Assembly: GCA_965112635.1 (NCBI GenBank)
Contig: OZ218778.1
Location: 1,824,001-1,888,000, forward strand
DNA from: an uncultured bacterium
Lineage (GTDB): Bacteria; Oederibacteriota; Oederibacteriia; Oederibacteriales; Oederibacteriaceae
Direction: 5' to 3'
Length of the DNA: 64,000 bases
A program made the position numbers and the translations under genes. Shown one piece after another: positions 38,842 to 48,411 of the stretch; position 1 is the first letter of the stretch, and every line of letters starts with the position of its first letter. The notes under the pieces are model-generated. The model was not told the origin of the DNA. It worked only from the letters and a program-made list of their open reading frames with translations, and made no database searches.

Positions 38842-40284
38842 ATGATACAGAAAAAGAAATTGTTCCAATTTTCAGCAGTACAAGTTTCCAGGAAAGGAGC
38901 CTTGGTTTTAATTATCGGGCTGGCAGCATTGCTGACTATGGGCATATCCCAGGGAATTTACGCCCAAAACGCGGCGGTTCAGCCGGGTACTACGCCGCAA
39001 GCAGTTGATGCCATGCAACCGGCCATTACAGTGCAGCCAACACCGCAACCCGCTACTATTATACCTAGCAATGCGGTTCAGCCTACAACCTTACAGGTCA
39101 ATTTGGGCAATAATGCCAATGTGACCCTGTACGGTGTTATTGACGCCAATATTGCCGACTCAACCGTTGGCGACAGCCATAGTACCGTCCAAACCAGAAC
39201 CGTGTTCGGGCAGGGCCTTTTTAACGGCAGCCGCTGGGGTATCAAAGGTTCCCAGGACTTGGGCAACGGCAACAAGGCCATTTTTGACCTGGAGAGCGGT
39301 TTTTACCTTGGTACCGCGGTTGCGGACCAGCAGGGCCAGTTGTTCGGCCGTCAGGCTTGGGTGGGTCTGGAAAGCAGCACCCTGGGGCAGTTGACGATGG
39401 GCCGTACTTACGGTACTTTTTCCGATGCCATCGGGCTCGGAGACGTGTTTACCGCGGCCCATGGCAATTTGGTGCTCTACAAACCCTCTGCTCCCGGCAC
39501 TGCCGCGGGTAACTACGGCGGAACTTTTGGGCAGGAAGACACGTTTTTTGAGAACTACTCCGGCCTGCGCTGGGATGAATCGGTCAAGTATACCGGCAAA
39601 TTCTGGGGCGTGACCGTTGGCGGGCAGTACGCGTTCGGCAACCCGGCCGGCGATCTTGACGGCAACTGCATGTATGCCGCCAGCCTGGGATACGACATGG
39701 AAAAACTAAAAGCCGTGGCTTCTTTCCAGAATGAGAATGACGGCATGGGCCGTAACCACCATGATGTCGGCGGCGGCCTGCAATGCAGCTGCATCCCGGC
39801 AGTTCAGCTTTATGGTTTCTACTTCCAGTCGAACTATGACAGGGGATTTGGGAACATCACCGTGGGTGATGAAATGATCGCGGGAACCGCCGTCACGACG
39901 ACAGGGATCGGTTCAACCGCTGTCGGCACCAACTCCGAGCTTTCCGGACCGGCTTCGGACCGCCAGGACCAAGTGCTGAACGTCGCGGCCAAATACGCCC
40001 CGGCAAGCGATTGGGAGTTTACCGCTTCTTATTTCAACGATTTTGCCTGCAATGTTGAGAGCGAAGGCGACTCCGGTACGCGTGATACCTATATGCTCGT
40101 AGCCGATTATTACCTCAGCAAACAGAGCGACATTTATGCCGCCTATGCTTACAGCAACCTCACCGGTGTTGTTGACGGCACCGTGGCCGGGCAGACGAAT
40201 TACTCGGCTGCTTCCGGAATGTTTGCCGCTGATGGCGTCAATGTGGCCCAACTCTATACCTTGGGCACTCGTTACCGCTTCTAG
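38842..40284 (+). CDS. Gram-negative general porin (Porin_4 / betaproteobacterial type) with Q/P/T-rich N-terminal extension
   Basis: AAGGAGG RBS; NVTLYGVID, SRWGIKGSQDLGNGNKAIFDLESGF, LFGRQAWVGL...GQLTMGR, DYYLSKQSDIY, C-terminal LGTRYRF. Confidence 0.88.
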   Translation: MIQKKKLFQFSAVQVSRKGALVLIIGLAALLTMGISQGIYAQNAAVQPGTTPQAVDAMQPAITVQPTPQPATIIPSNAVQPTTLQVNLGNNANVTLYGVIDANIADSTVGDSHSTVQTRTVFGQGLFNGSRWGIKGSQDLGNGNKAIFDLESGFYLGTAVADQQGQLFGRQAWVGLESSTLGQLTMGRTYGTFSDAIGLGDVFTAAHGNLVLYKPSAPGTAAGNYGGTFGQEDTFFENYSGLRWDESVKYTGKFWGVTVGGQYAFGNPAGDLDGNCMYAASLGYDMEKLKAVASFQNENDGMGRNHHDVGGGLQCSCIPAVQLYGFYFQSNYDRGFGNITVGDEMIAGTAVTTTGIGSTAVGTNSELSGPASDRQDQVLNVAAKYAPASDWEFTASYFNDFACNVESEGDSGTRDTYMLVADYYLSKQSDIYAAYAYSNLTGVVDGTVAGQTNYSAASGMFAADGVNVAQLYTLGTRYRF

Positions 40285-40302
40285 ATCTATTTTTTACCTG
40301 AC

Positions 40303-40340
40303 AAAAAAGCCCCTGTATTCAAGCACAGGGGCTTTTTTTT
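40303..40340 (+). terminator. Intrinsic terminator after the porin gene
   Basis: AAAAAAGCCCCTGT-loop-ACAGGGGCTTTTTTTT. Confidence 0.9.
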
Positions 40341-40560
40341 GAAAACCAGGTATTTTTGGATGACAAGAGCATGGTTGTTTTTCCTTGGATTTACTTTGTA
40401 AAACGACAATTCCTGTCATTAAAACAGTGACAAAAATATTTTTGGTATATACTCGCTAAACACGTTTTCTTTGTCTAGAATAACAGTGTTTTTAAATTTT
40501 AAAATCAGGACTGCCCAGGGACCTTTCATAAAAATGCGGCAGCCTATTAAAGGAGCAAAG

Positions 40561-42153
40561 ATGCCGAATTATAAGATCATAGTCCTGGATCCACTAGCCG
40601 AGGAAGGGCTACAGGCCTTAAAAGCCGAGAAGGACATCGAGGTGGAGGTTAAACTCAAGCTGCCTCCCGAGGAGATCAAGAAGATCATTGGCGGCTATGA
40701 CGCCGCCATTGTCCGGAGCGAGACCAAGCTAACGGCAGATGTTCTGGAGGCCGGAAAAAAATTAAAGATCGTGGGCCGGGCCGGTGTAGGTTTAGACAAT
40801 ATCGATATAGCTGCCGCTACCCAAAGAGGGATCATTGTCACCAACTCGCCGGATGCCAATACCCTGTCCACGGCCGAGCTGACCATGAGCATGATCCTGG
40901 CCTTATCCCGCAAGATCGTCCAGGCTGACGCGTCGCTAAGAGCGGGCAAGTGGGAACGCAGCAAATTTACCGGCGTGGAACTCTATGACAAAACTCTTGG
41001 GATCGTGGGACTGGGCCGTATCGGCAAGGAAGTGGCCAAGCGGGCCATGTCCTTCGGGATGCAGGTCATTGGCTATGACCCCTATGTGACCGAAGAGCAG
41101 GCGAAAAAAGTTCAGATAGAGCTAGTTCCTATGGAAGAGATCATCAAAAGGTCGGATTTTATCACGGTCCATGTGCCTTTGACCAAGGACACCACCAAGC
41201 TCTTCGGGGCCAAGGAAATGAGTCAAATGAAAAAGGGCGTCAGGCTCATCAACTGCGCGCGCGGAGGTATTTATGATGAGAAGGCGCTTTTTGATGCCTT
41301 GCAGAGCGGGCAGGTGGCTGGCGTGGCTCTCGATGTTTATGAAAAGGAGCCACCCGTGGATAATCCTCTCCTGACCCTAGCCAATGTGGTCGTGGTCCCG
41401 CATTTGGGCGCTTCCACGGAAGAGGCCCAGAAAAAGGTCGGCAAACAGATCGCCGAGCAGATTATTGCGGGATTAAAGGGGGGGCCAAACTTGAGAGCGG
41501 TCAACGTGCCGTCCATCGACCCGGTCCTTCTCAAGGAGCTTAAACCCTACCTGGATCTCACGGAAAAGCTCGGCCGATTCATTGCCCAGCTGGCAGAAGG
41601 GCCCATCAAAACCCTCAAGATCGTTTATTCCGGGGATGTCCTGCATTATGACCTGTCGCCTTTGACCGTCAGCGGCCTCAAGGGGGTATTGGAAGTACAG
41701 ATCAAGGAAGCGGTTAATTTTGTCAACGCCGGAGTGATCGCCAAACAGCGCGGCCTCGAGGTCGTGGAGTCCCGAAGCACCCAACCCACCGATTATTCCA
41801 GTTTGATCTCCTTTAAAGCTGAGGGGGAGGGCGGCAAGAGTTTCGTGGTTTCAGGGACCCTGCATGATAAAAAGGACCCCCGCTTTGTGAACATAAACGG
41901 CTATGACACGGATGTGGAGCCGACCCAATATATGATAGTGCTGTCCCACTTGGACAAGCCCGGCATCGTCGGTCACCTGGGCACCATTTTAGGGGCCCAT
42001 CAGGTCAATATCGCAGGTCTTTATGTGGGCCGGGAAAAGATCGGCGGCAAGGCCGTGGCGGTCCTGACCGTGGATACTGAAGTTTCCGGGGAAGTCCTAG
42101 GGGAGCTTTCTAAACATAAGAATATAGAAAAGGTCCGTCTGGTCAGGATGTAA
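40561..42153 (+). CDS. serA: D-3-phosphoglycerate dehydrogenase (with ASB and ACT domains)
   Basis: AAGGAG RBS; VRSETK, GRAGVGLDNID, GLGRIG, INCARGG, ALDVYEKEP, PHLGASTEEAQ, DKPGIVG ACT domain. Confidence 0.96.
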   Translation: MPNYKIIVLDPLAEEGLQALKAEKDIEVEVKLKLPPEEIKKIIGGYDAAIVRSETKLTADVLEAGKKLKIVGRAGVGLDNIDIAAATQRGIIVTNSPDANTLSTAELTMSMILALSRKIVQADASLRAGKWERSKFTGVELYDKTLGIVGLGRIGKEVAKRAMSFGMQVIGYDPYVTEEQAKKVQIELVPMEEIIKRSDFITVHVPLTKDTTKLFGAKEMSQMKKGVRLINCARGGIYDEKALFDALQSGQVAGVALDVYEKEPPVDNPLLTLANVVVVPHLGASTEEAQKKVGKQIAEQIIAGLKGGPNLRAVNVPSIDPVLLKELKPYLDLTEKLGRFIAQLAEGPIKTLKIVYSGDVLHYDLSPLTVSGLKGVLEVQIKEAVNFVNAGVIAKQRGLEVVESRSTQPTDYSSLISFKAEGEGGKSFVVSGTLHDKKDPRFVNINGYDTDVEPTQYMIVLSHLDKPGIVGHLGTILGAHQVNIAGLYVGREKIGGKAVAVLTVDTEVSGEVLGELSKHKNIEKVRLVRM

Positions 42154-42195
42154 TCCCCTGTAAACAAGGGGTGTCCGGTGCTTCAGGCCCTTCCC

Positions 42196-42224
42196 TTGAC
42201 AGGGAAGGGCGAGGAGCATAAAAT
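42196..42224 (+). promoter_or_regulatory. Near-consensus sigma70 promoter upstream of purA, -35 box inside a 10-bp perfect inverted repeat
   Basis: TTGACA (42196-42201)-17 bp-TAAAAT (42219-42224); GCCCTTCCCT-TGAC-AGGGAAGGGC at 42187-42210. Confidence 0.7.
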
Positions 42225-42245
42225 ACTTTTGGTTTCAGGGTATTT

Positions 42246-42280
42246 AAAAGAGGTGTCTCGGTTAGGGCGCCTCTTTTTTT
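42246..42280 (+). terminator. Terminator-like hairpin between the promoter and the purA start
   Basis: AAAAGAGGTGTC-loop-GGCGCCTCTTTTTTT (two G-U pairs) with U-tract. Confidence 0.65.
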
Positions 42281-42308
42281 GTGCGCATTTCATTTCCAAA
42301 GGGGTCTT

Positions 42309-43604
42309 ATGGCCAATATTGTCGTGGTGGGTTCCCAGTGGGGTGACGAGGGCAAAGGAAAAATAGTCGACTTCTTGACCAGCAAAGCCGACGTGGTTGC
42401 CAGATACCAGGGCGGCAGCAACGCAGGCCATGAGGTGGTGGTAGGGGACGAACATTATGTCCTGCATCTTATTCCTTCCGGAATCCTCCATAAAGGCAAA
42501 GTCTGCCTCATCGGCAACGGCGTGGTCATCGACCCCAAGGCCCTTCTGGAGGAGATGTTGGACCTCCAAAAAAAGGGTTTCCGCATCCAGGGCAACCTGT
42601 TCATCAGCGAAGCAGCCCATGTGACCTTTCCTTACCACCGGGTCCTGGACGAGGCCAAAGAAATGAAGCGGGGTGGAACCCGCATCGGCACGACCCATCG
42701 CGGTATTGGGCCGACCTATTCGGACAAGATGGGCAGGGTCGGCATCCGCGTGATAGACCTGATGGAGCCAAGGACCCTCAAAGCCAAACTTTACAAAAAT
42801 GTTGAAGAGAAGAACGCTTTGTTCGCCCACTTTTACGGGATCAAACCCCTTTCAGCCAAAAAGATCTACCGGGAATACCTCGGCTACGCGAAAAAACTCC
42901 GACCTTTGGTGGCAGACACTTCGGTGTTGCTGGACCAGGCCTTTAAAAAAGGCAAAAGCGTCCTGCTAGAGGGCGCCCAGGGCACCTTTCTGGATGTTGA
43001 TTTTGGGACCTATCCTTTTGTTACGGCTTCCAACCCGATTGCCGGAGGAGCCTGCATTGGCCTGGGGTTTGGACCCAGCAAAGTGGACAAGGTCATCGGC
43101 GTGATGAAGGCCTATACAACCAGAGTCGGTTTTGGGCCTTTCCCCACGGAGTTCCCGGCCAAGCTGGGGGAGCAGGTCAGAGAAAAGGGAAATGAATACG
43201 GCCGGACGACTGGCCGGGCGAGACGGTGCGGCTGGCTGGACCTGGTTCTCCTCAAAAGGGCGGTCAGGGTCAATGGCTTGACCGGGATTGCGGTCACCAA
43301 GCTGGACATCCTAGATGATATGGCCAAGATCAAGATTTGCGTGGCCTACCGTTGCGGAGGGAAGGTCTTCAGAGAGTTCCCCAACAGCTATAGCATGGTA
43401 GAAAAGGCCAAGCCACTATATATAGAAATGCCGGGATGGCAAAGATCCACGGAAAACGTGACCTCCTACCGCGAACTCCCGGTTCAGGCCAGGAGGTATC
43501 TGGAAAAAGTGGCTTCCTTTGTTGGCACCAAAATCTCATTGATCTCGGTCGGGGCCAAGAGAGACCAGATCATCGTGCTCGACCCCGGTCTCAAAAAACA
43601 CTAA
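42309..43604 (+). CDS. purA: Adenylosuccinate synthetase
   Basis: GSQWGDEGKGKIVD, RYQGGSNAGH, IGTTHRGIGPTY, EGAQG, KAYTTRVG, EYGRTTGRARRCGWLD. Confidence 0.98.
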   Translation: MANIVVVGSQWGDEGKGKIVDFLTSKADVVARYQGGSNAGHEVVVGDEHYVLHLIPSGILHKGKVCLIGNGVVIDPKALLEEMLDLQKKGFRIQGNLFISEAAHVTFPYHRVLDEAKEMKRGGTRIGTTHRGIGPTYSDKMGRVGIRVIDLMEPRTLKAKLYKNVEEKNALFAHFYGIKPLSAKKIYREYLGYAKKLRPLVADTSVLLDQAFKKGKSVLLEGAQGTFLDVDFGTYPFVTASNPIAGGACIGLGFGPSKVDKVIGVMKAYTTRVGFGPFPTEFPAKLGEQVREKGNEYGRTTGRARRCGWLDLVLLKRAVRVNGLTGIAVTKLDILDDMAKIKICVAYRCGGKVFREFPNSYSMVEKAKPLYIEMPGWQRSTENVTSYRELPVQARRYLEKVASFVGTKISLISVGAKRDQIIVLDPGLKKH

Positions 43605-43635
43605 TTTGTAAGAGGTTTATAAAGGACGACTTAAA

Positions 43636-44928
43636 GTGAAGTTCATCCGTTTTTCCTTTTATGTATGGTTATTCCTGTTGTGCGCCCCTGCTTTGGCCCA
43701 AAATCAGACCGCCACGCCGATCGATCCCCATTGTGCCCAATTAGCCGAAAAGCATTACCAACAAGGTTTGTCGTTTTGGGATAGAGATTGGAGGAAAAAG
43801 GCCGTTGAGGAATGGACAGCCGCTTTAAAGCTCAATCCCCAGCACGAAGGGGCGACGAAGAAACTGGATGAGGCCAAACATCCGATTTCCCTGGTTGAAG
43901 AAAGTTACCAAAAAGGGCTTTCCTTTTATAAGAGCAGCCAGCTTGACGACGCCCAGAGCCAATGGTCGAACGCCTTAAAGATAGATCCGACTTTTGCCAA
44001 GGCCAAGACCGCCATGGCCATGCTGGCCGAAGAGAAATATCAGGAAGATCGTAATGTGCCTTTTGATGAGTTGGTCCAAAGTAGTTATGAAGAGGCTATG
44101 AAATTATTCCGGCAGGAGAAATATCCAGAGGCTCTGGTCAAGCTCAAGGAGGCAGCTAAGATGGGGCCCAACCAGCCGCAAGTAAATCTTTTATTAAAGA
44201 GATGCCAGGGAAAAATTGACGCAAAAGAAAATGTTGATTCGATCCTAGAACATACAGCCAAAGCCAGGGAGGCCCAGGCTAAAGCTCTGACCGAGACGGC
44301 GCTGGCCGAGTGGGATGAGGTCCTCAAGCTGGACCCGGATGACAAGGAAGCGCGAAACGCCAAGGAAGTCCTGTCTAGTGCCGTTTTGCAAGAGAATGCT
44401 GGACGGATCAAGGCTCTCCTGGCCAAGGCCCGGCAACTGGGAGACCAGGGAGACTGGGTAGGCGCGAAGAAATGTTATGAGGATGTCCTGGCTTTGAACC
44501 CTGCAGATCAGGAAGCCCAGGAGGGGCTGGCGCAGGCCAAGACCAAGCTCGAAGCCAAGAGTGCAACAATAGAGATCGCCAGTCTTTTGAAGCAGGCGCA
44601 AGAAGCCTTTGACCAAAAGGATTTCAGGCAGGCCAAAAAGTTTTACCAGCAGGTCCTAGACCTTGATCCAAAACAGGCCGAGGCCCTGGCGGGCATGGAC
44701 AGGCTGAGCGACGAGGAAAACCCCATGTCCTCGGATGCTTTTAAGAACGAACATTACAATAATGGGATAGGCTTATACACCTCGACTAATTACACCGAGG
44801 CGCTCAAGGAGTTCCGGGCCGTTCCAGATAACGATCCGGCCTTTGAACAGGCGCAGAAACACATCAAGTCCATCAAGGCAATCATGGAAGGTCCAAAGGA
44901 AGGGGCCCATGCGACACCAACGCCTTAG
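43636..44928 (+). CDS. Secreted/periplasmic TPR-repeat protein
   Basis: Signal peptide ending PALA-Q; about seven TPRs (e.g. WTAALKLNP, WDEVLKLDP, YQQVLDLDP). Confidence 0.85.
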   Translation: MKFIRFSFYVWLFLLCAPALAQNQTATPIDPHCAQLAEKHYQQGLSFWDRDWRKKAVEEWTAALKLNPQHEGATKKLDEAKHPISLVEESYQKGLSFYKSSQLDDAQSQWSNALKIDPTFAKAKTAMAMLAEEKYQEDRNVPFDELVQSSYEEAMKLFRQEKYPEALVKLKEAAKMGPNQPQVNLLLKRCQGKIDAKENVDSILEHTAKAREAQAKALTETALAEWDEVLKLDPDDKEARNAKEVLSSAVLQENAGRIKALLAKARQLGDQGDWVGAKKCYEDVLALNPADQEAQEGLAQAKTKLEAKSATIEIASLLKQAQEAFDQKDFRQAKKFYQQVLDLDPKQAEALAGMDRLSDEENPMSSDAFKNEHYNNGIGLYTSTNYTEALKEFRAVPDNDPAFEQAQKHIKSIKAIMEGPKEGAHATPTP

Positions 44929-46852
44929 CATTCTCTGTCTGTCCGCCTGTCTAGTGCTGTTCTGTATGGGCGGCGCAAGCACGGACAAACCGGCGAACAA
45001 ATTCTTTTCCCTTAAGCAAAAGGACGGCAGGACCTGGTTGGCCGACCCGGACGGTAAGATCTTTTACAGTATGGGGGTCAACATGGTGGTGCCTTCGGAT
45101 TATTCGCCCGACAGCCAGGCCAAATTCTACACCTGGCTTAAAAAACATCTCTATTTTCTGAGCCGGGAGGAGTGGGGGAAATCGGCGGTGGAACAGGTGA
45201 AAAAGTTCGGGTTCAACACCCTGGGCGCTTGGTCCGACGAAGTCACCTTTCACAAGGGCCTTCCTTTCACAGTGGACATGGGGCTCACGGCCGAAAAAGG
45301 TGAGGAACAGGAAAGCGGCCAGGCTTCCAATCTGGTGGATGTATTCGACCCGGTTTGGGAAAGCATGGTCCATAAAAAAGTGGTCAGTGTGGTGGAGCTC
45401 TACAAGGACGACCCCGACCTCATCGGCTATTTCACGGACAACGAACTTCCGTGGTACGGTTCCAAAGACCAATACACGGCCGGGCCGGACCTTTTTAACC
45501 AATACTTGTCTCTTCCAGCCGAGGCGCCGGGCAAGAAGTTTTTGATCCAGTTCCTGATGGATCGTTACCATTCCGACATCCAACAGATCAACGCGGCCTG
45601 GAAGACGGAGATGTCCAATTTCGAGAACCTAGGGGGCCCCCAGCTGCTGAGCAAGACCGAAGCGGCCGTGATCAGGGACAGCCGGGATTTCGAGGCGCTC
45701 GTGTTCAATAAATATTTTGAGATCACCACCAAGGCCATCCGTGCTATCGATCCCAACCACCTCATTCTCGGATGCCGTTTCCTGGAAAAGGTGCCTGACG
45801 ACGCCGTTGCGGCTTGCGGGAAATACTGCGACATCGTTTCGGTCAACCATTTCAGCGGGTCGGGCCGGGTCAACCGCCACCTGCTGGACCGGATCTTCCT
45901 GGTCTCCGGCAAACCGATATTGATCACGGAGTTCTCTTTCCGGGCCACCGAAAACCAGAGCAACGACAGGAACCTCGTGGGGCCGAGCGTGACGGTCAAG
46001 ACCCAGAAAGAACGCGCGGAACACTACAGAAGTTATGTTTTGAGCGCCCTGCCGCTCCCCTATGTGGTCGGCTGTCACTGGTACCAGTTCTTTGACGACC
46101 CGGACCTGGGGAGATGGGACGGCGAGGACAGCAATTTTGGCCTCGTGGACGTGGAGGGGAAGGAATACGAGGACCTTAAAAAAGCCGCAATCGAGCTGAA
46201 TAGCGCAGCGATCAAGACCAGGATGGAAAGCCCGGTCTATTCTTTTCCTTTGACCGCAACAGGGCAGGCCAATAATCCCGCGGGTCTGACCCAGGTCCAC
46301 AACGCGGATGAGTTCAAGGTCTTCAATGATTTCACCCAGCCGTCCCCTGATACCCAGGTCTGGATAGACAAGGCGCGGGGCGGGGTTTGTTCCTGGGAAA
46401 ACGCAGGCGGAAGCCTCAAGCTGACCTATGATCCAGGCAAGGGCAAAGGAATTAAAGTAAGTATTTTCTCCAGCATGGGAGAGGCGGCGGATAAAAGCAA
46501 GAACATGTCCGGGATGGGCGTCCTCAGCTTCACAGCCAGCCTTCCTCAGGACACGGTTTTCTACTTATTTATCAACGAGTCCGGTTTTGATGCTGCAGCC
46601 AGTGCCGGGTTTAAAGGGGTAGCCGGCGCGGATGGCGAATCCTTTGGGATCACCCACAGGCTTTACGGGCGTGGAGGGGATGCGGTATCCTATGTGGTCC
46701 CGCTGGTTGATTTTGAGCAGCGCTGGGAAGCTGGCAACCAAGAGGGAAACCAAACCTTGGATCTCCAGGCTATCAAGTCTGTGGACCTGTATATTCCCGG
46801 AGGCCAGTCGGCCGGGGTCGCGGTTATCAAGAGCGTTTATTTTACCCGTTGA
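44909..46852 (+). CDS. Secreted clan GH-A glycoside hydrolase (GH50/beta-agarase-like) with C-terminal carbohydrate-binding-like domain
   Basis: WLADPDG...FYSMGVN, GFNTLGAWS, IGYFTDNELPW (acid/base), DPNHLILGCRF, KPILITEFSF (nucleophile), VVGCHWYQ. Substrate cannot be read from the sequence. Confidence 0.75.
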   Translation: MRHQRLSILCLSACLVLFCMGGASTDKPANKFFSLKQKDGRTWLADPDGKIFYSMGVNMVVPSDYSPDSQAKFYTWLKKHLYFLSREEWGKSAVEQVKKFGFNTLGAWSDEVTFHKGLPFTVDMGLTAEKGEEQESGQASNLVDVFDPVWESMVHKKVVSVVELYKDDPDLIGYFTDNELPWYGSKDQYTAGPDLFNQYLSLPAEAPGKKFLIQFLMDRYHSDIQQINAAWKTEMSNFENLGGPQLLSKTEAAVIRDSRDFEALVFNKYFEITTKAIRAIDPNHLILGCRFLEKVPDDAVAACGKYCDIVSVNHFSGSGRVNRHLLDRIFLVSGKPILITEFSFRATENQSNDRNLVGPSVTVKTQKERAEHYRSYVLSALPLPYVVGCHWYQFFDDPDLGRWDGEDSNFGLVDVEGKEYEDLKKAAIELNSAAIKTRMESPVYSFPLTATGQANNPAGLTQVHNADEFKVFNDFTQPSPDTQVWIDKARGGVCSWENAGGSLKLTYDPGKGKGIKVSIFSSMGEAADKSKNMSGMGVLSFTASLPQDTVFYLFINESGFDAAASAGFKGVAGADGESFGITHRLYGRGGDAVSYVVPLVDFEQRWEAGNQEGNQTLDLQAIKSVDLYIPGGQSAGVAVIKSVYFTR

Positions 46853-46888
46853 GACTTCTAATAAAAGCTCGCGAAAGGAGGCGTTATT

Positions 46889-47455
46889 TTGCAGGTCAAA
46901 GCTGGTGTGATGGGCGCGGCGGGAGGGAAAATGTCCGCTGAAGCCAAGAAGAAATCCTATATGCTGGGCCGTGCCTTAGCTGAGGCCGGTTGCGTCGTGG
47001 TCACGGGAGGATGTCCCGGCCTGCCCTCAGAGGCCACCCGCGGGGCCAAATATGCCGGGGGCCTGACCCTGGGCATTTCTCCGGGCCTTAATCTCCAGGA
47101 ACATGTGGAGCTTTACAAGTCTCCCACAGAATACCTGGATATCCTCATTTTCACCGGGTCGGGCTTGATGGGCCGAGAAGTCATCGGCGTCAGGAGCTGC
47201 GACATTATCTTCATCGTAGGGGGTCGTTCCGGCACCCTGGGTGAGTTCAGTATCGCCTACGACGAGGGGCTGCCCATCGGAGTTTTAGAAGGGACGGGCG
47301 GCATCACCCTGGGCTTGAGGCAGGTGCAAAAGCTCGTCAACAAGAAAACGGGCAGCGTGGTGCTTTACGACAAAGACCCCTACCAGCTGGTACGGCGGCT
47401 ACTCAAAGAGCATGAAAAACACAAAATCAGAAAGATCAATTATTCCGCGGGGTAA
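46889..47455 (+). CDS. LOG/SLOG-family nucleotide-binding protein (TIGR00725-like)
   Basis: VTGGCPGLP, GISPG, TGSGLMGRE...VGGRSGTLGEFSIAY; AAGGAGG RBS. Confidence 0.85.
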   Translation: MQVKAGVMGAAGGKMSAEAKKKSYMLGRALAEAGCVVVTGGCPGLPSEATRGAKYAGGLTLGISPGLNLQEHVELYKSPTEYLDILIFTGSGLMGREVIGVRSCDIIFIVGGRSGTLGEFSIAYDEGLPIGVLEGTGGITLGLRQVQKLVNKKTGSVVLYDKDPYQLVRRLLKEHEKHKIRKINYSAG

Positions 47456-48317
47456 ATTTTTCCTCTTTTTTTGTCTGGCTGTCATAACGCCATGCCTGGC
47501 TTGGGCCGGGGACAGGGTCTATTTTGATGTTCCCAATGCCCGGTATAACGCCGGAGATACCATCCTTGTGAAATACCAGACAAGCCGCAGGCCGTCCTTC
47601 CCGCGTCTTAAATTCCTCGGGCAAAATATCTCCCTTTATCTGGCTAAACAAGGCCCCAAAGGCCGGTTGTATCAAGGGCTGGTGGGAATACCTGTGGAGA
47701 CCAAACCCGGCAGGTATGCTTTGGATCTTAGCTTGGACCCCAAGAACAAGCTTATGGATATCCACCAAACCATAGAGGTCGGCAAAGAGGGGCTTCCCGC
47801 CAAATTGGTCAAGCTCCAGGTCCCCTCCCTGACCGCTCAAGGTTTGGAGGTGCTGTCCAAGGAAACAGGACAGCTGAAAAAAACCATTAAATCCAAACCG
47901 CGGGACAGGATGTGGAGAGGGACCTTCATCATCCCGGTAAAAGGCAGGATCTCAGGCTATTTCGGGGAAAAAAGGGTTTATAACAAAGGTTTGGCTACCT
48001 GGTATCACAAGGGAGTAGATATCGCGGCGCCAGCCAATACTCCCATCAAGGCTTCCAACCGGGGCGTGGTGATCCTGGCCGAGAAATTACAGGAGCACGG
48101 CAACACGGTCATGATCGACCACGGCCTGGGCGTGAACAGCATTTACCTGCACCTCGGCAGGCTTAAGGTCAAGCCCGGCCAGACCGTGGCCAAGGGTCAG
48201 GTCATCGGCCTGGTAGGCACATCGGGCATTTCCACAGGTAATCATTTGCACTGGGGCATCCAGGTCCACGGAGTAGCGGTCAATCCGGTGCAATGGCTGA
48301 AAAAGACCTTTTTCTGA
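47412..48317 (+). CDS. M23-family metallopeptidase
   Basis: YHKGVDIAAP, GNTVMIDHG, YLHL, GTSGISTGNHLHWG; N-terminal signal. Confidence 0.92.
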   Translation: MKNTKSERSIIPRGKFFLFFCLAVITPCLAWAGDRVYFDVPNARYNAGDTILVKYQTSRRPSFPRLKFLGQNISLYLAKQGPKGRLYQGLVGIPVETKPGRYALDLSLDPKNKLMDIHQTIEVGKEGLPAKLVKLQVPSLTAQGLEVLSKETGQLKKTIKSKPRDRMWRGTFIIPVKGRISGYFGEKRVYNKGLATWYHKGVDIAAPANTPIKASNRGVVILAEKLQEHGNTVMIDHGLGVNSIYLHLGRLKVKPGQTVAKGQVIGLVGTSGISTGNHLHWGIQVHGVAVNPVQWLKKTFF

Positions 48318-48411
48318 ACTTCCTCGCCGGGTTGTATCTGTTGGAAAAGGGTGCAGGCGGGTCTATAATGATTAATCCGTAATTTTAAGCGATGACGCGA
48401 AAGGATTTTTG

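Noticed and set aside
44909-46852. Calling the GH50-like protein a true agarase
   Set aside because: Family-level motifs do not fix the substrate, and no agar-pathway genes are nearby.
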